Counted from the stretch's first letter, positions 18,783 to 29,488 are shown. The stretch: 64,000 bases of DNA from an uncultured bacterium (GCA_964421245.1 CAYQVW010000002.1:280-64279); one strand, 5' to 3'. A program made the numbers and translations. The notes: generated by a model not told the origin, from the sequence alone.

Positions 18783-20044
18783 TATTTGTTTCGAGATGAT
18801 TTATCTCGCAATCTAAGAATAAAGTTTTCGAGCTTAGTCTCATCCCTAAATTCTGGAAAGCTAACCCCCAAATCAAGGCTTCTGGCATCTTCCCTAAACT
18901 CGGGGAAAAAAGTATAAAAATCATCCATCGAGATGGTTTGGTTCTGTTTCTTTCTCTTAACAAAAAGCTGTTTAAATAAGTTGAGCCTTGGATCAAACGA
19001 TAAACGCACCTCTCTATATTTATCCACCAGTTTATCTAAAACATCTTTGGCAACCTGTTTTTCCAACACTCTCTTAACCGAAACGTTAATATCATCAGCT
19101 ATAAATGGTTTTGTAAGATAATCGTATGCTCCGGCCTTCATTGCGTGAACAGCAGATTGCACCTCTTGTCTCTCTGTTGCAACAATCACATCTGTGCTCT
19201 GAAACTCGTTTTTTATCTTCTCTAAAACCTTATCTCCCTCCATATCAATCATCATATTAATATCTAAAATAACAAGGTTAATTTTGTTTTCAGTTAATTG
19301 AGCAAAAAGCTCATGCGCAGATGAGGCACTAATAATAGAATAATTGTTGACCAAAATTTTATCAAGTTGGTCGCGGATCTCTCGGTCGGATGATGCAATA
19401 ACAACTTTGGCTCCTTCGCCAACATCTATTTTTGAATCCAAATCTTTTTCTAATTTTTCTTTTAACTTTTCATAATCATAATCTTCTTCGGATAAGACCG
19501 GAAAGTTAAATAGGGCTTTTTCCTCTCCACTGAGCGGTTTTCCCTCTAAACGTCCCTTCATCTGCATCTCTTGAAAAAGAATTTGACGATGCTCTGCCGC
19601 GATCCTCTCATGATCAAGACGATCGGTTAATTCTCTAAGCTTTCTATTATAATCTTTCTTCTCGAGCGCTCGTTTAATTGTTGCAATAAGATCTCCGGCA
19701 AAAAACGGCTTGGTTACGTAATCATAAGCACCGTCCCGCATAGCCTCAACAGCATTCTTAGTATCGTTTAGTGCTGTTACCATAATAATATCGGGATTAA
19801 GATTAATGTTCTTCATTTTTTTCAGGATTTCGATTCCACTCATATCAGGAAGGCGAATATCTAGGAGAACTACATTTAATCTAAATTGTTCATTATAATA
19901 GATACGTAAGGCTTGTTCCCCATTGGAAGCAGTATAAATTTTAAATTCATCACCAAGCAACTCAGCCAAATTCTGGCGCATATCCTCTTCATCTTCAACA
20001 ACTAAAACTGTGGGGGTGAGATTGTGTCTTATATTATCATCCAT
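18782..20044 (-). CDS. Response regulator with two receiver domains, no DNA-binding output recognised
   Basis: Two REC units (VLLDIRLPDMSG..GAYDYVTKPF; VILDINM..GAYDYLTKPF), each followed by a similar helical tail. Confidence 0.85.
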   Translation of the reverse strand: MDDNIRHNLTPTVLVVEDEEDMRQNLAELLGDEFKIYTASNGEQALRIYYNEQFRLNVVLLDIRLPDMSGIEILKKMKNINLNPDIIMVTALNDTKNAVEAMRDGAYDYVTKPFFAGDLIATIKRALEKKDYNRKLRELTDRLDHERIAAEHRQILFQEMQMKGRLEGKPLSGEEKALFNFPVLSEEDYDYEKLKEKLEKDLDSKIDVGEGAKVVIASSDREIRDQLDKILVNNYSIISASSAHELFAQLTENKINLVILDINMMIDMEGDKVLEKIKNEFQSTDVIVATERQEVQSAVHAMKAGAYDYLTKPFIADDINVSVKRVLEKQVAKDVLDKLVDKYREVRLSFDPRLNLFKQLFVKRKKQNQTISMDDFYTFFPEFREDARSLDLGVSFPEFRDETKLENFILRLRDKSSRNK

Positions 20045-20083
20045 ATATAGAAATTATAGGTTTATAAGAGGTAGATGTCAATT

Positions 20084-21076
20084 TTATTCGTATTTTGTAA
20101 AAAGGGTCCTTGCCCTTCTTAATAAGTTCCAATCAGGAGATTTGCTCCTATCGCTTAAAAGCCTAACTTCTCCTTCTAATGCCCCAAGCTCAAGAGTATC
20201 TTCTCCATCTAATGCTTTTGTCCATAGAGCAGCAAGATCTCTTTCTAGTCCAAACAAAACCTCTTCATCAATATTTTTTATATCAAAAACTTCCTCAAGC
20301 TGATATCTTTTCCTAACCCACTGTGCCAGCTCTGTTTGTCCTGAATCTATCACCCTAGCAAACATTGCTTTGACTTCAGGAAGATAATTAATTTTCGGTA
20401 TAGGATTTAAAACCATAATTTGATCGGCCTTGGCCAATCCTCTTTCCTGACATCCCCTTCTTACTAATCGAAGGTGAGTTGCAACACTATTAAATAAAGC
20501 AGGTAAAGATGTAATCGGTTCAAAAGGCCCTTCCACCGATTGTCTTAACATTCTAAGCTCTAATGTTGCCGATCTAAGTCTAACTCTCAAAAGATCAACT
20601 CCGCCTACTCCACGCATTACTCTTCTTGCTGTATTAATTCCTTTTTGCGCCATATCACAAAGGCACAACATTGCTAGTTTATCTGAAGGAAGCTTTGACC
20701 CGTTATCAATCCGTTTTGGAGAAGGGACCGATACTAAACTACTGTGAAAAATTGGATCACGAGAACTGTATATCGCAGTTCCAAGAGAACCACACCAGTA
20801 ACAAATATCATTGTAAAGTTCCACACTAGTATATGTAGAAAATAACTTAAAACTCGGATGGCGTGCTGCCAATTGCAATAGTTGTAATTCTGTTTCAAGA
20901 AGAAGAATTCTAGGACTATCCGTAGCCCTACAAGCAGTTATGCTCCTCCTAAGATCCGCAAGTCTTACACCACCAATCTCTTTTGAAATAAATTGTGGGG
21001 CAATACTCTTATCACTAACCGTTAAGGTTGGTGATAATGCCTGATTTCTTCCAACTGCTCTTGTTGCTACTAACAT
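20084..21076 (-). CDS. Hypothetical protein, paralog of the N-terminal domain of the 21114..23660 protein
   Basis: 330-aa ORF preceded by the regulon motif; shares an FSTYTSVELYND-type motif with its neighbour. Confidence 0.7.
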   Translation of the reverse strand: MLVATRAVGRNQALSPTLTVSDKSIAPQFISKEIGGVRLADLRRSITACRATDSPRILLLETELQLLQLAARHPSFKLFSTYTSVELYNDICYWCGSLGTAIYSSRDPIFHSSLVSVPSPKRIDNGSKLPSDKLAMLCLCDMAQKGINTARRVMRGVGGVDLLRVRLRSATLELRMLRQSVEGPFEPITSLPALFNSVATHLRLVRRGCQERGLAKADQIMVLNPIPKINYLPEVKAMFARVIDSGQTELAQWVRKRYQLEEVFDIKNIDEEVLFGLERDLAALWTKALDGEDTLELGALEGEVRLLSDRSKSPDWNLLRRARTLFTKYE

Positions 21077-21083
21077 CAGTATT

Positions 21084-21112
21084 ATTTCGGATAGTTTTTA
21101 ATAAAATTTCAG
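21084..21112 (-). promoter_or_regulatory. Orphan-regulon promoter motif, type A (leaderless spacing)
   Basis: CTGAAATTT-tattaaaaactatc-CGAAAT, with the ATG 7 nt downstream. Confidence 0.7.
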
Positions 21113-21113
21113 G

Positions 21114-23660
21114 TTAATTTATGTGAGCTCTAATTTGGCGAGCTATTCGAGCAATTTCTTGTGCTTTAGCTTTTGAAAGAGTATTCTTCGTCATTCTGAT
21201 TTCATTTAATTCCCCTCTAAGTCGCCTACTCTCTCTATCCCTTCTCCCTCTCAATAATCCCATCAAGTATTTTTTAATCGCTATTAAATGAACATGTCTA
21301 AGAGCGCTTTTAACATTAGAATATTTTTTTGAACTCTCTTTGTCCAAATCATTCAACGGATTAGGACTCTCAGGATTCTTTTTCAATTCTTGGTGCAACC
21401 ACAACCATGCCCCCCCCTCTTCTTTTCCCCAGTTAGCATCACCATTTTTCTTACCCTTACTCTTTTTCTTCTTCTTTGTTTTACCTGACAACTTATGTAT
21501 TGTTGGTGAAGAGGTGAGGTCCTCGGTATAGTGCAAAACAGTAACCTTGTTTGCTTGATCACCAAATGCTTTTTCAAATTCCCTTAATGCATCGGGGTGG
21601 ATCGCTGGTACGGTCAGACGATATATAACAGCTGGGGTTCTCTTCTCTCTTAATGCTTGAGCATATTTCCTTGCCTGAGACAAGAAAGAAAAAACTTCAT
21701 CTTCTTCTCCGTTTACGACCCCACCATTCTGAAGCCATGCAAGGTTCATTTTTCTTTTTGTCTCAAACCAGGTTCCATCTTTCAAAACCCCATCAATTTC
21801 TATCTCAACTTCTTTCCGTTTTCTGGCTCCCTTACCAGTAACCCTTCCAGAAGAATCTACCTTTAATGGGACATAATCAATTGGACGGGGATGGGCATTT
21901 ACTCTTACCAAAGGATTGCCTCCTGCCCTAAAACGCTCTGCTGCATCAGCCAGGCTGATAATCTCATGCATCCATCCAATAACCACCTTTCCTGGATTTT
22001 CTCCAGAAAATTTATCTTTTTCCATTTGGACAAATTCTTCTGCAGAATCGACGAAACCATTGACTGGAAAAAGTTCGTGGGTCGCTAATTCTAAGGCGGT
22101 CAAACGCACATCATCTTCGTCAACAACCTTTGTTTTAAGAACTGCCTCTTTTACTTCTTCGAAAACCTCTTCTGCTTTGGCTTTTTTGATCTCTCCCCTA
22201 CGACGAGAATTTTCTGAGCGCTTTACTATCTTCGCACCCTCTAAAACCAATACCGGATCAGAATCAAGAACATCTCTATGACAATAAGTTAAAACCGCTG
22301 ATGAATGTTCCCGATTAATGCCAGAAACAAAGAAAAAGTTATGAAGAAATTTGGCAAATTCTGGATTAACTCCATTTTCAGAAAGAATTCTAATTTCAAT
22401 TCCATCAATGCTTGAATTTTTTAACAAATCAAGCTGTAACCACAAAAAGACAAAAAGATCTCCCAACTCCATTACACTCGCCCAACATTCCCCCTCATTA
22501 TTTGTTAACCAAGGCATTCTTTCTTGATCAACTAAGATAATTGATGTCCCATCTCTATCACAAAAAGCTTCAGAAACCACTCTAGCAACTCTCCCACCAC
22601 TTGATTTTGAAACCTCTTTTGCAGTAACAGAATAATTAAAAGCATAAGAACTCCCAAGGATAGTATCAAGTTTAGTTAGACCCTTTTTTCTTGTTTCTGC
22701 AATAGTTGCAATAAAAACTAACTGCATAATTGCTTTTGTGCTTTCCTGGCCAAACATTTTCGAAATTTTATCCAATCTTTCCTGAACCCCCCCAACTCCC
22801 ATTCGATCCAAACTAACCGACGCATTTAACAGGGCCTCTTTTTGTGCCTGATCAGACAGGCCCATTGCTTCAACAGTTCCTCGAATAATAGCTGTTGAAG
22901 CCGATTCAACTTCTACCTTCTGGTCCGCCGAAAGAGGCAGAGTAGCTGGCGCATCAAGAACTTCGGTGGTACATAAATTGAGAGCGGGAATTTTGTCCTT
23001 AACTATATTAGCCCGCCTAGCCAAAAGAGACAAATTAATAACACAATTATTATAAATTGCCTCTAAAACAAAACTTGGGACTGTGTTGGAGGCAACAAAC
23101 ATTCTAAAAAGGGTTGCTTCGGACTGCACAAAATCAAATAAGGCCCGGTCTCTTGGTAAAGTCTTTTCCAAACGAATTGCTGCAATAGCCCCTAAAAGTT
23201 TTAGACTGCTTTCCCCAAGAAAATCATTATTAACATTGGGAAAGGAGACATCGGATTTTTTAGAAATTCTCTTTTTGGAGGGGGTTTTACTTTGTACTCG
23301 TCTTGAACCCATCGCATCTGATTTGGAAACTGTCACCAATCTAGACAAAGCATCGTTAAAAAGCTCTTCACTCGAATAAGTTGCAAAACAATGCATTCCC
23401 TCGTTTCTTTGTGCAATCTCTAAGAGGGCAATTTCGGCAGCAACAATATTCAATGTCATTCGTATTTGTGGTGTCATTGAAGAAGCAGAAAGAGTAGAAA
23501 TCTCTTTGTATAGCTTAGAAAGTTGACGCAAATTTTGAGGACTGACTGCCTTGGCAATTTTTGCCGGAAATTGTGCCCCCTGTGCAAAAGTTTGTTGCGA
23601 AGATACCAAGTATCTTCCGCCCAATCTTATTGGATCAAATTTTATATATGAAGTTCCCAT
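21114..23660 (-). CDS. Hypothetical protein (848 aa) with putative PD-(D/E)xK nuclease domain
   Basis: EIDGVLKDGTWFETK..SQARKYAQ pattern; basic KTKKKKKSKGKK stretch. Confidence 0.6.
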   Translation of the reverse strand: MGTSYIKFDPIRLGGRYLVSSQQTFAQGAQFPAKIAKAVSPQNLRQLSKLYKEISTLSASSMTPQIRMTLNIVAAEIALLEIAQRNEGMHCFATYSSEELFNDALSRLVTVSKSDAMGSRRVQSKTPSKKRISKKSDVSFPNVNNDFLGESSLKLLGAIAAIRLEKTLPRDRALFDFVQSEATLFRMFVASNTVPSFVLEAIYNNCVINLSLLARRANIVKDKIPALNLCTTEVLDAPATLPLSADQKVEVESASTAIIRGTVEAMGLSDQAQKEALLNASVSLDRMGVGGVQERLDKISKMFGQESTKAIMQLVFIATIAETRKKGLTKLDTILGSSYAFNYSVTAKEVSKSSGGRVARVVSEAFCDRDGTSIILVDQERMPWLTNNEGECWASVMELGDLFVFLWLQLDLLKNSSIDGIEIRILSENGVNPEFAKFLHNFFFVSGINREHSSAVLTYCHRDVLDSDPVLVLEGAKIVKRSENSRRRGEIKKAKAEEVFEEVKEAVLKTKVVDEDDVRLTALELATHELFPVNGFVDSAEEFVQMEKDKFSGENPGKVVIGWMHEIISLADAAERFRAGGNPLVRVNAHPRPIDYVPLKVDSSGRVTGKGARKRKEVEIEIDGVLKDGTWFETKRKMNLAWLQNGGVVNGEEDEVFSFLSQARKYAQALREKRTPAVIYRLTVPAIHPDALREFEKAFGDQANKVTVLHYTEDLTSSPTIHKLSGKTKKKKKSKGKKNGDANWGKEEGGAWLWLHQELKKNPESPNPLNDLDKESSKKYSNVKSALRHVHLIAIKKYLMGLLRGRRDRESRRLRGELNEIRMTKNTLSKAKAQEIARIARQIRAHIN

Positions 23661-23674
23661 GACTTTCTATATAT

Positions 23675-23703
23675 ATATCGTCAATTTTGGGCTAAAATTT
23701 CAC
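23675..23703 (-). promoter_or_regulatory. Orphan-regulon promoter motif, type A
   Basis: GTGAAATTT-tagcccaaaattga-CGATAT upstream of 23660. Confidence 0.75.
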
Positions 23704-23724
23704 CTTTTATGCTATAATTTAGCT

Positions 23725-24699
23725 GTGATAAGACTAATAATTGCCCTAATATTCCTGCTTCTTACTGCCTCATCCTCCCTATCTATGGGAACAGTTCCCG
23801 AAACAAAAGTCATTGAAGGACCAATTAAGGTAGAATTTATCGGAATGTTTGGTCAACCAGGATCAAACGACGGACAGTTCTATTTTCCTCGAGCAATTGA
23901 TGTTACTAAAGTCGGAGATATCTCAACTGAGCTTGGCAATGTCTTTGTTTGTGATACAAACAACAATAGAATACAACGACTAGATGCAAACGGAACTCCG
24001 GTTTACCAATTTGGAACCTTTGGCGAAGCCGATATGGAATTTAACGCCCCCAAAGGAATTGCAGTCGACTTCAACCACCTTATTTATGTCAGCGATACAG
24101 AAAACAACCGGATCCAAAAATTAGATATTTATGGAAACTTCCAAGGACAGTGGGGAAGCTTTGGATCAGCCCACGGACAATTTCAAAACCCACACGGTAT
24201 TGCACTAGACTATTGGGGCAACATTTATGTAGCAGACACAGAAAACGACCGAATACAAAAATTTGACAGTAACGGAACTTTTGCTGAGAGTTTTGGTTCT
24301 TTTGGTATAGGCGGTGGATTTTTTAGTAAACCATTTGATGTTGCAGTAGACGATAGCCGCAATATTTATGTTGCAGATACTCATAATCATCGCGTTCAGG
24401 TGTTAGATGAATATGGACAACCAATTTTAAACCTTGGAGAAATGGGAACCAATCCGGGACAATTCGAATTTCCATCTTCAATTGCGGTTGATAAGTATCT
24501 AATGTACGTTGCCGATACCGGAAATAATCGGATTCAGATATTTAATAAACGGGGGGAGCTTCTATTAATTATAGGGCGAGGAGGAGCCAAACCCGGAGAG
24601 TTTATTACTCCGACCGGCATTGCCATCGGAGCAGACAAAGTACTATATATTGCAGATACTGGGAATCAACGGATTCAAAAATTCCGCATTAAATATTAG
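23725..24699 (+). CDS. Exported NHL-repeat beta-propeller protein
   Basis: Six F..P.GIAVD....IYVADT.N.RIQ repeats; signal peptide from the GTG at 23725, just after TGCTATAAT. Confidence 0.9.
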   Translation: MIRLIIALIFLLLTASSSLSMGTVPETKVIEGPIKVEFIGMFGQPGSNDGQFYFPRAIDVTKVGDISTELGNVFVCDTNNNRIQRLDANGTPVYQFGTFGEADMEFNAPKGIAVDFNHLIYVSDTENNRIQKLDIYGNFQGQWGSFGSAHGQFQNPHGIALDYWGNIYVADTENDRIQKFDSNGTFAESFGSFGIGGGFFSKPFDVAVDDSRNIYVADTHNHRVQVLDEYGQPILNLGEMGTNPGQFEFPSSIAVDKYLMYVADTGNNRIQIFNKRGELLLIIGRGGAKPGEFITPTGIAIGADKVLYIADTGNQRIQKFRIKY

Positions 24700-24725
24700 T
24701 CATTAAATGACCTCTTTTAAATATT

Positions 24726-27700
24726 ATGTTGAGAAAATTATTTGTATTATTTTTTATATTCTTGCTGGTTTGTAGTGCAAATGCCACAAACTATTATGAG
24801 GGACAAGATTTCTCCATCAATTTTGGCCCTATCTACCCCCTAATTATTGGACAAGAAACAAATATAAATATAAAAACCGATCTTGCAACGGATCAAGTAA
24901 CAATTGTTTTTGAAAACAAAAACCAAATCAAACTCAAAAAAAGCGGAAGCGGATGGTTAGGCAAATACAAAATAGCTAGCAATTTAAAATCGGGCTGGAA
25001 AAGCTTGGATCTCTATTTTGGCCAAAAGACCAGACTCGAAACAAACTGGTGGGAAAAATTATTAACACTTATAAAACTTGAAGTAAAACCTCGCTACAAG
25101 GAACAACTTATTAAAAGATCGATGAAAATTAGAATTGCAAAAGAGGAGGAGATTGAGCAAATAAGAAAAGAAGAACCCTCTTTTAATCCTCCACCAATGT
25201 TATTTCTTCCACCCTACGCATCGGCTGAGAGAATTGTGATAACGACGGAAGCCAAAAGCATTCCTGTAAAGATACGCCATGGCGTGTCTGCAATAAAAGA
25301 CTTTCCGCTAAAGATAAAGGGAAGCAGAATTTTTGCTTTTACCTCAAAAAGTATGGAAGGAAGTAAAGAAGCCTATCTTCCTGGCACATCACGCGAAGAA
25401 TCGTTACGCTTAAACGTTGCGGGAAATATAGATGGAACAGAAATTGACGCGAATTTTTTCTCAACGTCAAGCATATCGACAACTCAAGTCTCAACCAGGG
25501 AAGAAAACATTTCAATCTTACTAAAACGCGGGTCTTCCGAGGCCTATATGGGAGACTTTACCGCCAACTTTAGTGAAAATGAGTTTACAAAACTAAATCA
25601 GGTTTTATCCGGAATACGGGCCAAGGGAGATTATAAAAAATGGGGCTTTAAAGCAATTGCCTCCACCCCAAAAGGATTCCCAAAATTGAAAAGATTCTAT
25701 GGTGACGGTACTCAAGGACCATATCGGCTAGATTTTACCCCGGTAGTTGTAGATAGCGAGCGGGTTTACATTGATAAGATTATCCAAAAAAGAGGAGATG
25801 ACTATACAGTCGATTATAATGCCGGAACCATTACCTTTCGTAAAATTACCATTACAACTACCCAAATAATTGAAATATATTATGACTATCGAAAATCGGT
25901 CTACCAACACAACCTTTATGCTGCAAGATTCTATATTAAACCGACTCCACGCCTAAAAATCGGAACAACCTATATCAATGATTCGGACTCAACCACCAAT
26001 GCTCAAAGCATTCAATCCCAAACCGGAACCAATCCGGTTGGACATCAGGTCATAGGACTAGATTCTAGCTTGCTTTTAGGGGATGGATTTAAAATAGATA
26101 CAGAGGTAGCCCTATCCGACAAAAACCATAATTTGATATCAATCGGCACAAAAGAGACTGGAGCTGCCTATAAAATCAAAACTAGCGGACAGGTCGGAGC
26201 TTTTGGTTTTAAGACAAAATATAAAAAAATCAATCCAGGATTTGTTCCAATTGCTAAGGCCAATCCAAAAACCGATCTATTGGATTATGGTGCAATTCTT
26301 ACCTTTAAGCCAAATCAAATTCTTTTCTCACAACTTGGCTACGACCATAATCGTTATAGCGAATCTAGCGTTAATTATAAAATTATAAACAGAAACTTTA
26401 AAAGTAGGCTTAATTTAAAAAGACTCCCATCTCTTGAATACACTTTGCTTGAATTTGAAAATAGTAACGACCCCGTTACAGGATCTGAAATCAGAAGGCT
26501 GACCACCACCAACAGATTAAGATCTAATTACAAAAACTTTCGCTTCATTAATCTATCGGCAAAAACAGAGAAAGAGCGCCGCATAAACCGATCACCATCG
26601 GAAGAAGTAACAACCTATGATATTTTAGCTGTCGGGATTGCAACCAAGCCAAACCAAAAAGCAGTTACTGGAGCCTTTAATTTCGAATATAAAAGGACTC
26701 ATGATCGCGACCCTCCCTACAGCACTAAGACCTATGATTTAAAACTCGGCACCAGCCCTAATTCCAAGTTCCTACTTTCTAGTTCCCTGCATTTTGTTGA
26801 TGATAAAAGATTGGGAACATCAAATGTAACCGATTTAATCTACAAAGCACAACCGACAAAAGCTATCGGCTCAAACGGAAAATACACTATTCAATCGATT
26901 AACGAAACCTTTGGCTCTAGTGAGGCTAGAGTTAGCAAACAGACCGCATCAATAAAATTTGATCTTAGGCCGATTAAAACGGTGCGCCTGCGCTATTACT
27001 ACAAACCAAACTTCACCCTGCTTGATAGCACCGGACAAAAGATTTACAACAACGAAAACCAACAGACTGAAATTCATTGGAATTTTTTAAGACAGGCAAC
27101 CGTGGGATACACATTTAAAAATACCGATAATTTTACAATTGATAAGAGTGATTATCCAACTCTTTCAAGAAACCAAAGCACTCTAAATAGCAAAACTAAT
27201 CTCTACACTTTAAAAGCAGCCCCATTAAGCTTCTTATCAACCGAATTTAATATAAACCAAGATAATTCAGTTGGAACCACCTTAACTTCTACAACCGGAG
27301 CACAAGCCGAATACAGAAAAGATAACACCGATATAAAAGAATATTCTGCAATAATAAAAACCTCTTTGACCCGAGCATTTGCGATTGATACCAAATATAC
27401 TCACAAAACAACACTAAAAGGAACAAAAGAATCAATTAATGATCAAACTTCTACAATTGATCAAACCGGATTACTCAAGGGAATTTGGAATTTAAATTCT
27501 TCCTGGCGACTTTCAGCAGGGGGAGCATATACATTAAGCAGAAATTTTTTGAACAACACTAGAACCTATACCCTATCCCCTACTCTTGGCTTTATTTATA
27601 GATACAAAAATATTTGGCGAGTTGATGGAGAATATACTTATTCCCGCTCTTATTCCGCAATTCGCTCGAGCGGACACAAATTTTCTCTAAAGGGTAAATA

Positions 27701-27809
27701 TACTCTTTCTAAATATGTAGATTTAAGCCTGCGTTACGATCGCCAGACCTCAAGTTACCCTTATTATCGAACCACCGATATTGCCGGCATTGTTGAAATT
27801 AGCATGTAA
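24726..27809 (+). CDS. Large exported / outer-membrane beta-strand-rich protein
   Basis: Signal peptide; SERVYID..RGDDYTVDYNAGTITF (SprA-like motif); amphipathic beta-strand C-terminal half. Confidence 0.7.
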   Translation: MLRKLFVLFFIFLLVCSANATNYYEGQDFSINFGPIYPLIIGQETNINIKTDLATDQVTIVFENKNQIKLKKSGSGWLGKYKIASNLKSGWKSLDLYFGQKTRLETNWWEKLLTLIKLEVKPRYKEQLIKRSMKIRIAKEEEIEQIRKEEPSFNPPPMLFLPPYASAERIVITTEAKSIPVKIRHGVSAIKDFPLKIKGSRIFAFTSKSMEGSKEAYLPGTSREESLRLNVAGNIDGTEIDANFFSTSSISTTQVSTREENISILLKRGSSEAYMGDFTANFSENEFTKLNQVLSGIRAKGDYKKWGFKAIASTPKGFPKLKRFYGDGTQGPYRLDFTPVVVDSERVYIDKIIQKRGDDYTVDYNAGTITFRKITITTTQIIEIYYDYRKSVYQHNLYAARFYIKPTPRLKIGTTYINDSDSTTNAQSIQSQTGTNPVGHQVIGLDSSLLLGDGFKIDTEVALSDKNHNLISIGTKETGAAYKIKTSGQVGAFGFKTKYKKINPGFVPIAKANPKTDLLDYGAILTFKPNQILFSQLGYDHNRYSESSVNYKIINRNFKSRLNLKRLPSLEYTLLEFENSNDPVTGSEIRRLTTTNRLRSNYKNFRFINLSAKTEKERRINRSPSEEVTTYDILAVGIATKPNQKAVTGAFNFEYKRTHDRDPPYSTKTYDLKLGTSPNSKFLLSSSLHFVDDKRLGTSNVTDLIYKAQPTKAIGSNGKYTIQSINETFGSSEARVSKQTASIKFDLRPIKTVRLRYYYKPNFTLLDSTGQKIYNNENQQTEIHWNFLRQATVGYTFKNTDNFTIDKSDYPTLSRNQSTLNSKTNLYTLKAAPLSFLSTEFNINQDNSVGTTLTSTTGAQAEYRKDNTDIKEYSAIIKTSLTRAFAIDTKYTHKTTLKGTKESINDQTSTIDQTGLLKGIWNLNSSWRLSAGGAYTLSRNFLNNTRTYTLSPTLGFIYRYKNIWRVDGEYTYSRSYSAIRSSGHKFSLKGKYTLSKYVDLSLRYDRQTSSYPYYRTTDIAGIVEISM

Positions 27810-27826
27810 GCTGATATAATGCTGGA

Positions 27827-28333
27827 ATGTTAGTTTTAGGAATTGATCCAGGAATTGCTTGTACTGGTTTTGGCTTGGTAGAAGAATGTGACAAAGGAAA
27901 CTGTCTACTTGATTATGGATGTATTGTTACCGACAAAAGCCAAAAACCAGAAGAGCGCTTGGCCGCACTATATCAAGAAATGGCTCTATTGGTTAAGAAG
28001 AGCGAGCCAGATCAAATAGCAATTGAGAAGCTATTTTTTGCAAAAAATGTTCGAACCGCTATGAAGGTAAGCCAAGCACGGGGAGTTTTGTTATTGGCGT
28101 CTTCCGAAGCCGCGGTTCCAATTGTAGAATATACCCCACTTGAAATAAAGATAGCCCTAACCGGCTATGGCAGAGCAGATAAGAAACAGATACAACAGAT
28201 GGTAAAAACATTACTTAATTTAAAAGAAGTCCCAAAACCAGATGATGCAGCAGACGCCTTAGCTATTGCCATCTGCCATCTAAATTCTTACAAAATAAAA
28301 TCCCTGGAGAAAGAAAATGATTTTTCACATTGA
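27827..28333 (+). CDS. ruvC: Holliday junction resolvase
   Basis: VLGIDPG, IAIEKLFF and PDDAADALAIAICH. Confidence 0.97.
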   Translation: MLVLGIDPGIACTGFGLVEECDKGNCLLDYGCIVTDKSQKPEERLAALYQEMALLVKKSEPDQIAIEKLFFAKNVRTAMKVSQARGVLLLASSEAAVPIVEYTPLEIKIALTGYGRADKKQIQQMVKTLLNLKEVPKPDDAADALAIAICHLNSYKIKSLEKENDFSH

Positions 28334-28919
28334 TGGTAAATTAAGTAGTATTGAAAAAGGTTTTGTTGTAATTGAGGTTGCTGGAATTGGCTATCAGGTT
28401 AATATTCCAAATAATGTATTTGAACGTTTGCCCTCATTACAATCGGAAATAAAAGTCTTCACCTACCAAGTAATTAAAGAAGACTCTAATTCTATCTATG
28501 GTTTTCTAAGCAAGGACGAAAGACGCCTCTTTGCAATGCTAATTACTGTTTCTGGGGTTGGGCCCAAGGCCGCCCTATCCGTTATGTCTGGTTTACCAAT
28601 TGAGAATATAACTGGAGCAATAGTTAAAGGAAATGCGGAGGTTCTATCCTCTGCTCCTGGGGTTGGGAAAAAGACAGCACAAAAAATCTGTATTGAGCTC
28701 AAAGAGAAAATCGCCAAAACACTGGGAGTTAAGGCATCTGAGATGCAACAATTTCTTCCGGAAGAAAAAGGACTAGTAAATGAGGCAGTTCAAGCACTAA
28801 TGACACTTGGATATTCTCCGAAAGAAGCCCGCGATGCTATTTTTAAATGCGGAGTTGATCTCGACAAAGCTAGAAACATTGAGCAGATTATTAAAGCCTC
28901 GCTTAAAGGTCTAGTGTAA
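28317..28919 (+). CDS. ruvA: Holliday junction DNA helicase subunit A
   Basis: GIGYQV, VSGVGPKAAL, PGVGKKTAQKI and ALMTLGY. Confidence 0.97.
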   Translation: MIFHIDGKLSSIEKGFVVIEVAGIGYQVNIPNNVFERLPSLQSEIKVFTYQVIKEDSNSIYGFLSKDERRLFAMLITVSGVGPKAALSVMSGLPIENITGAIVKGNAEVLSSAPGVGKKTAQKICIELKEKIAKTLGVKASEMQQFLPEEKGLVNEAVQALMTLGYSPKEARDAIFKCGVDLDKARNIEQIIKASLKGLV

Positions 28920-28929
28920 AATCGTCCGG

Positions 28930-28995
28930 ATTCTCGGCACCCCCATGTCCATTCCCTTCATAAAACCCCTTTTTTGAACTGGCATGAAAATTGCT
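28930..28995 (+). promoter_or_regulatory. Shared 14-bp box plus sigma54-type -24/-12 promoter of four-helix-bundle gene 2
   Basis: ATTCTCGGCACCCC (28930-28943) and TGGCATGAAAATTGCT (GG-N10-GC, 28980-28995); both recur at 48343 and 48463. Confidence 0.7.
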
Positions 28996-29088
28996 AGTAA
29001 TTAATTAAAAATTAAAAATTTCCAAATTAAAAATATTGTATCGCCTTCGGCGATCCATTAAATTAATAAAAAAGGTGGTGAAGTAAAC

Positions 29089-29454
29089 ATGAAATACGAT
29101 CTTCGAGATAGAACAAGTAACTTTGGGATAAGAATAGTAAAACTCATAAACAGTTTTCCCAGAAATACTTCGGGCTTCGTATTAGGAAAACAAATGATAC
29201 GAGCTGGAACATCAGTTGGAGCAAACTGTGAAGAGGCAGATGCTGCTCAGAGCCCCAAGGACTTTCTACATAAGTTGTCATTATGTCTAAAAGAAGCAAA
29301 GGAAACAAGATATTGGCTAAACATAACTATCAAAACAAATATATTGCAAAGTGAAATAAGCTTGAAGGAAGCAAAATCCTTACTGCAAGAAGCTCATGAA
29401 TTGGCTAGTATATTTGCATCAATAATAAATAAAAAGAAAGAAATTAAAAATTAA
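29089..29454 (+). CDS. Four helix bundle protein (TIGR02436-like)
   Basis: DLRDRT..F..KQMIRAGTSVGANCEEA..SPKDFLHKL..KEAKETRYWL. Confidence 0.92.
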   Translation: MKYDLRDRTSNFGIRIVKLINSFPRNTSGFVLGKQMIRAGTSVGANCEEADAAQSPKDFLHKLSLCLKEAKETRYWLNITIKTNILQSEISLKEAKSLLQEAHELASIFASIINKKKEIKN

Positions 29455-29488
29455 CAAATTAAAAATTTTGGAGCTATTTATATAATAT

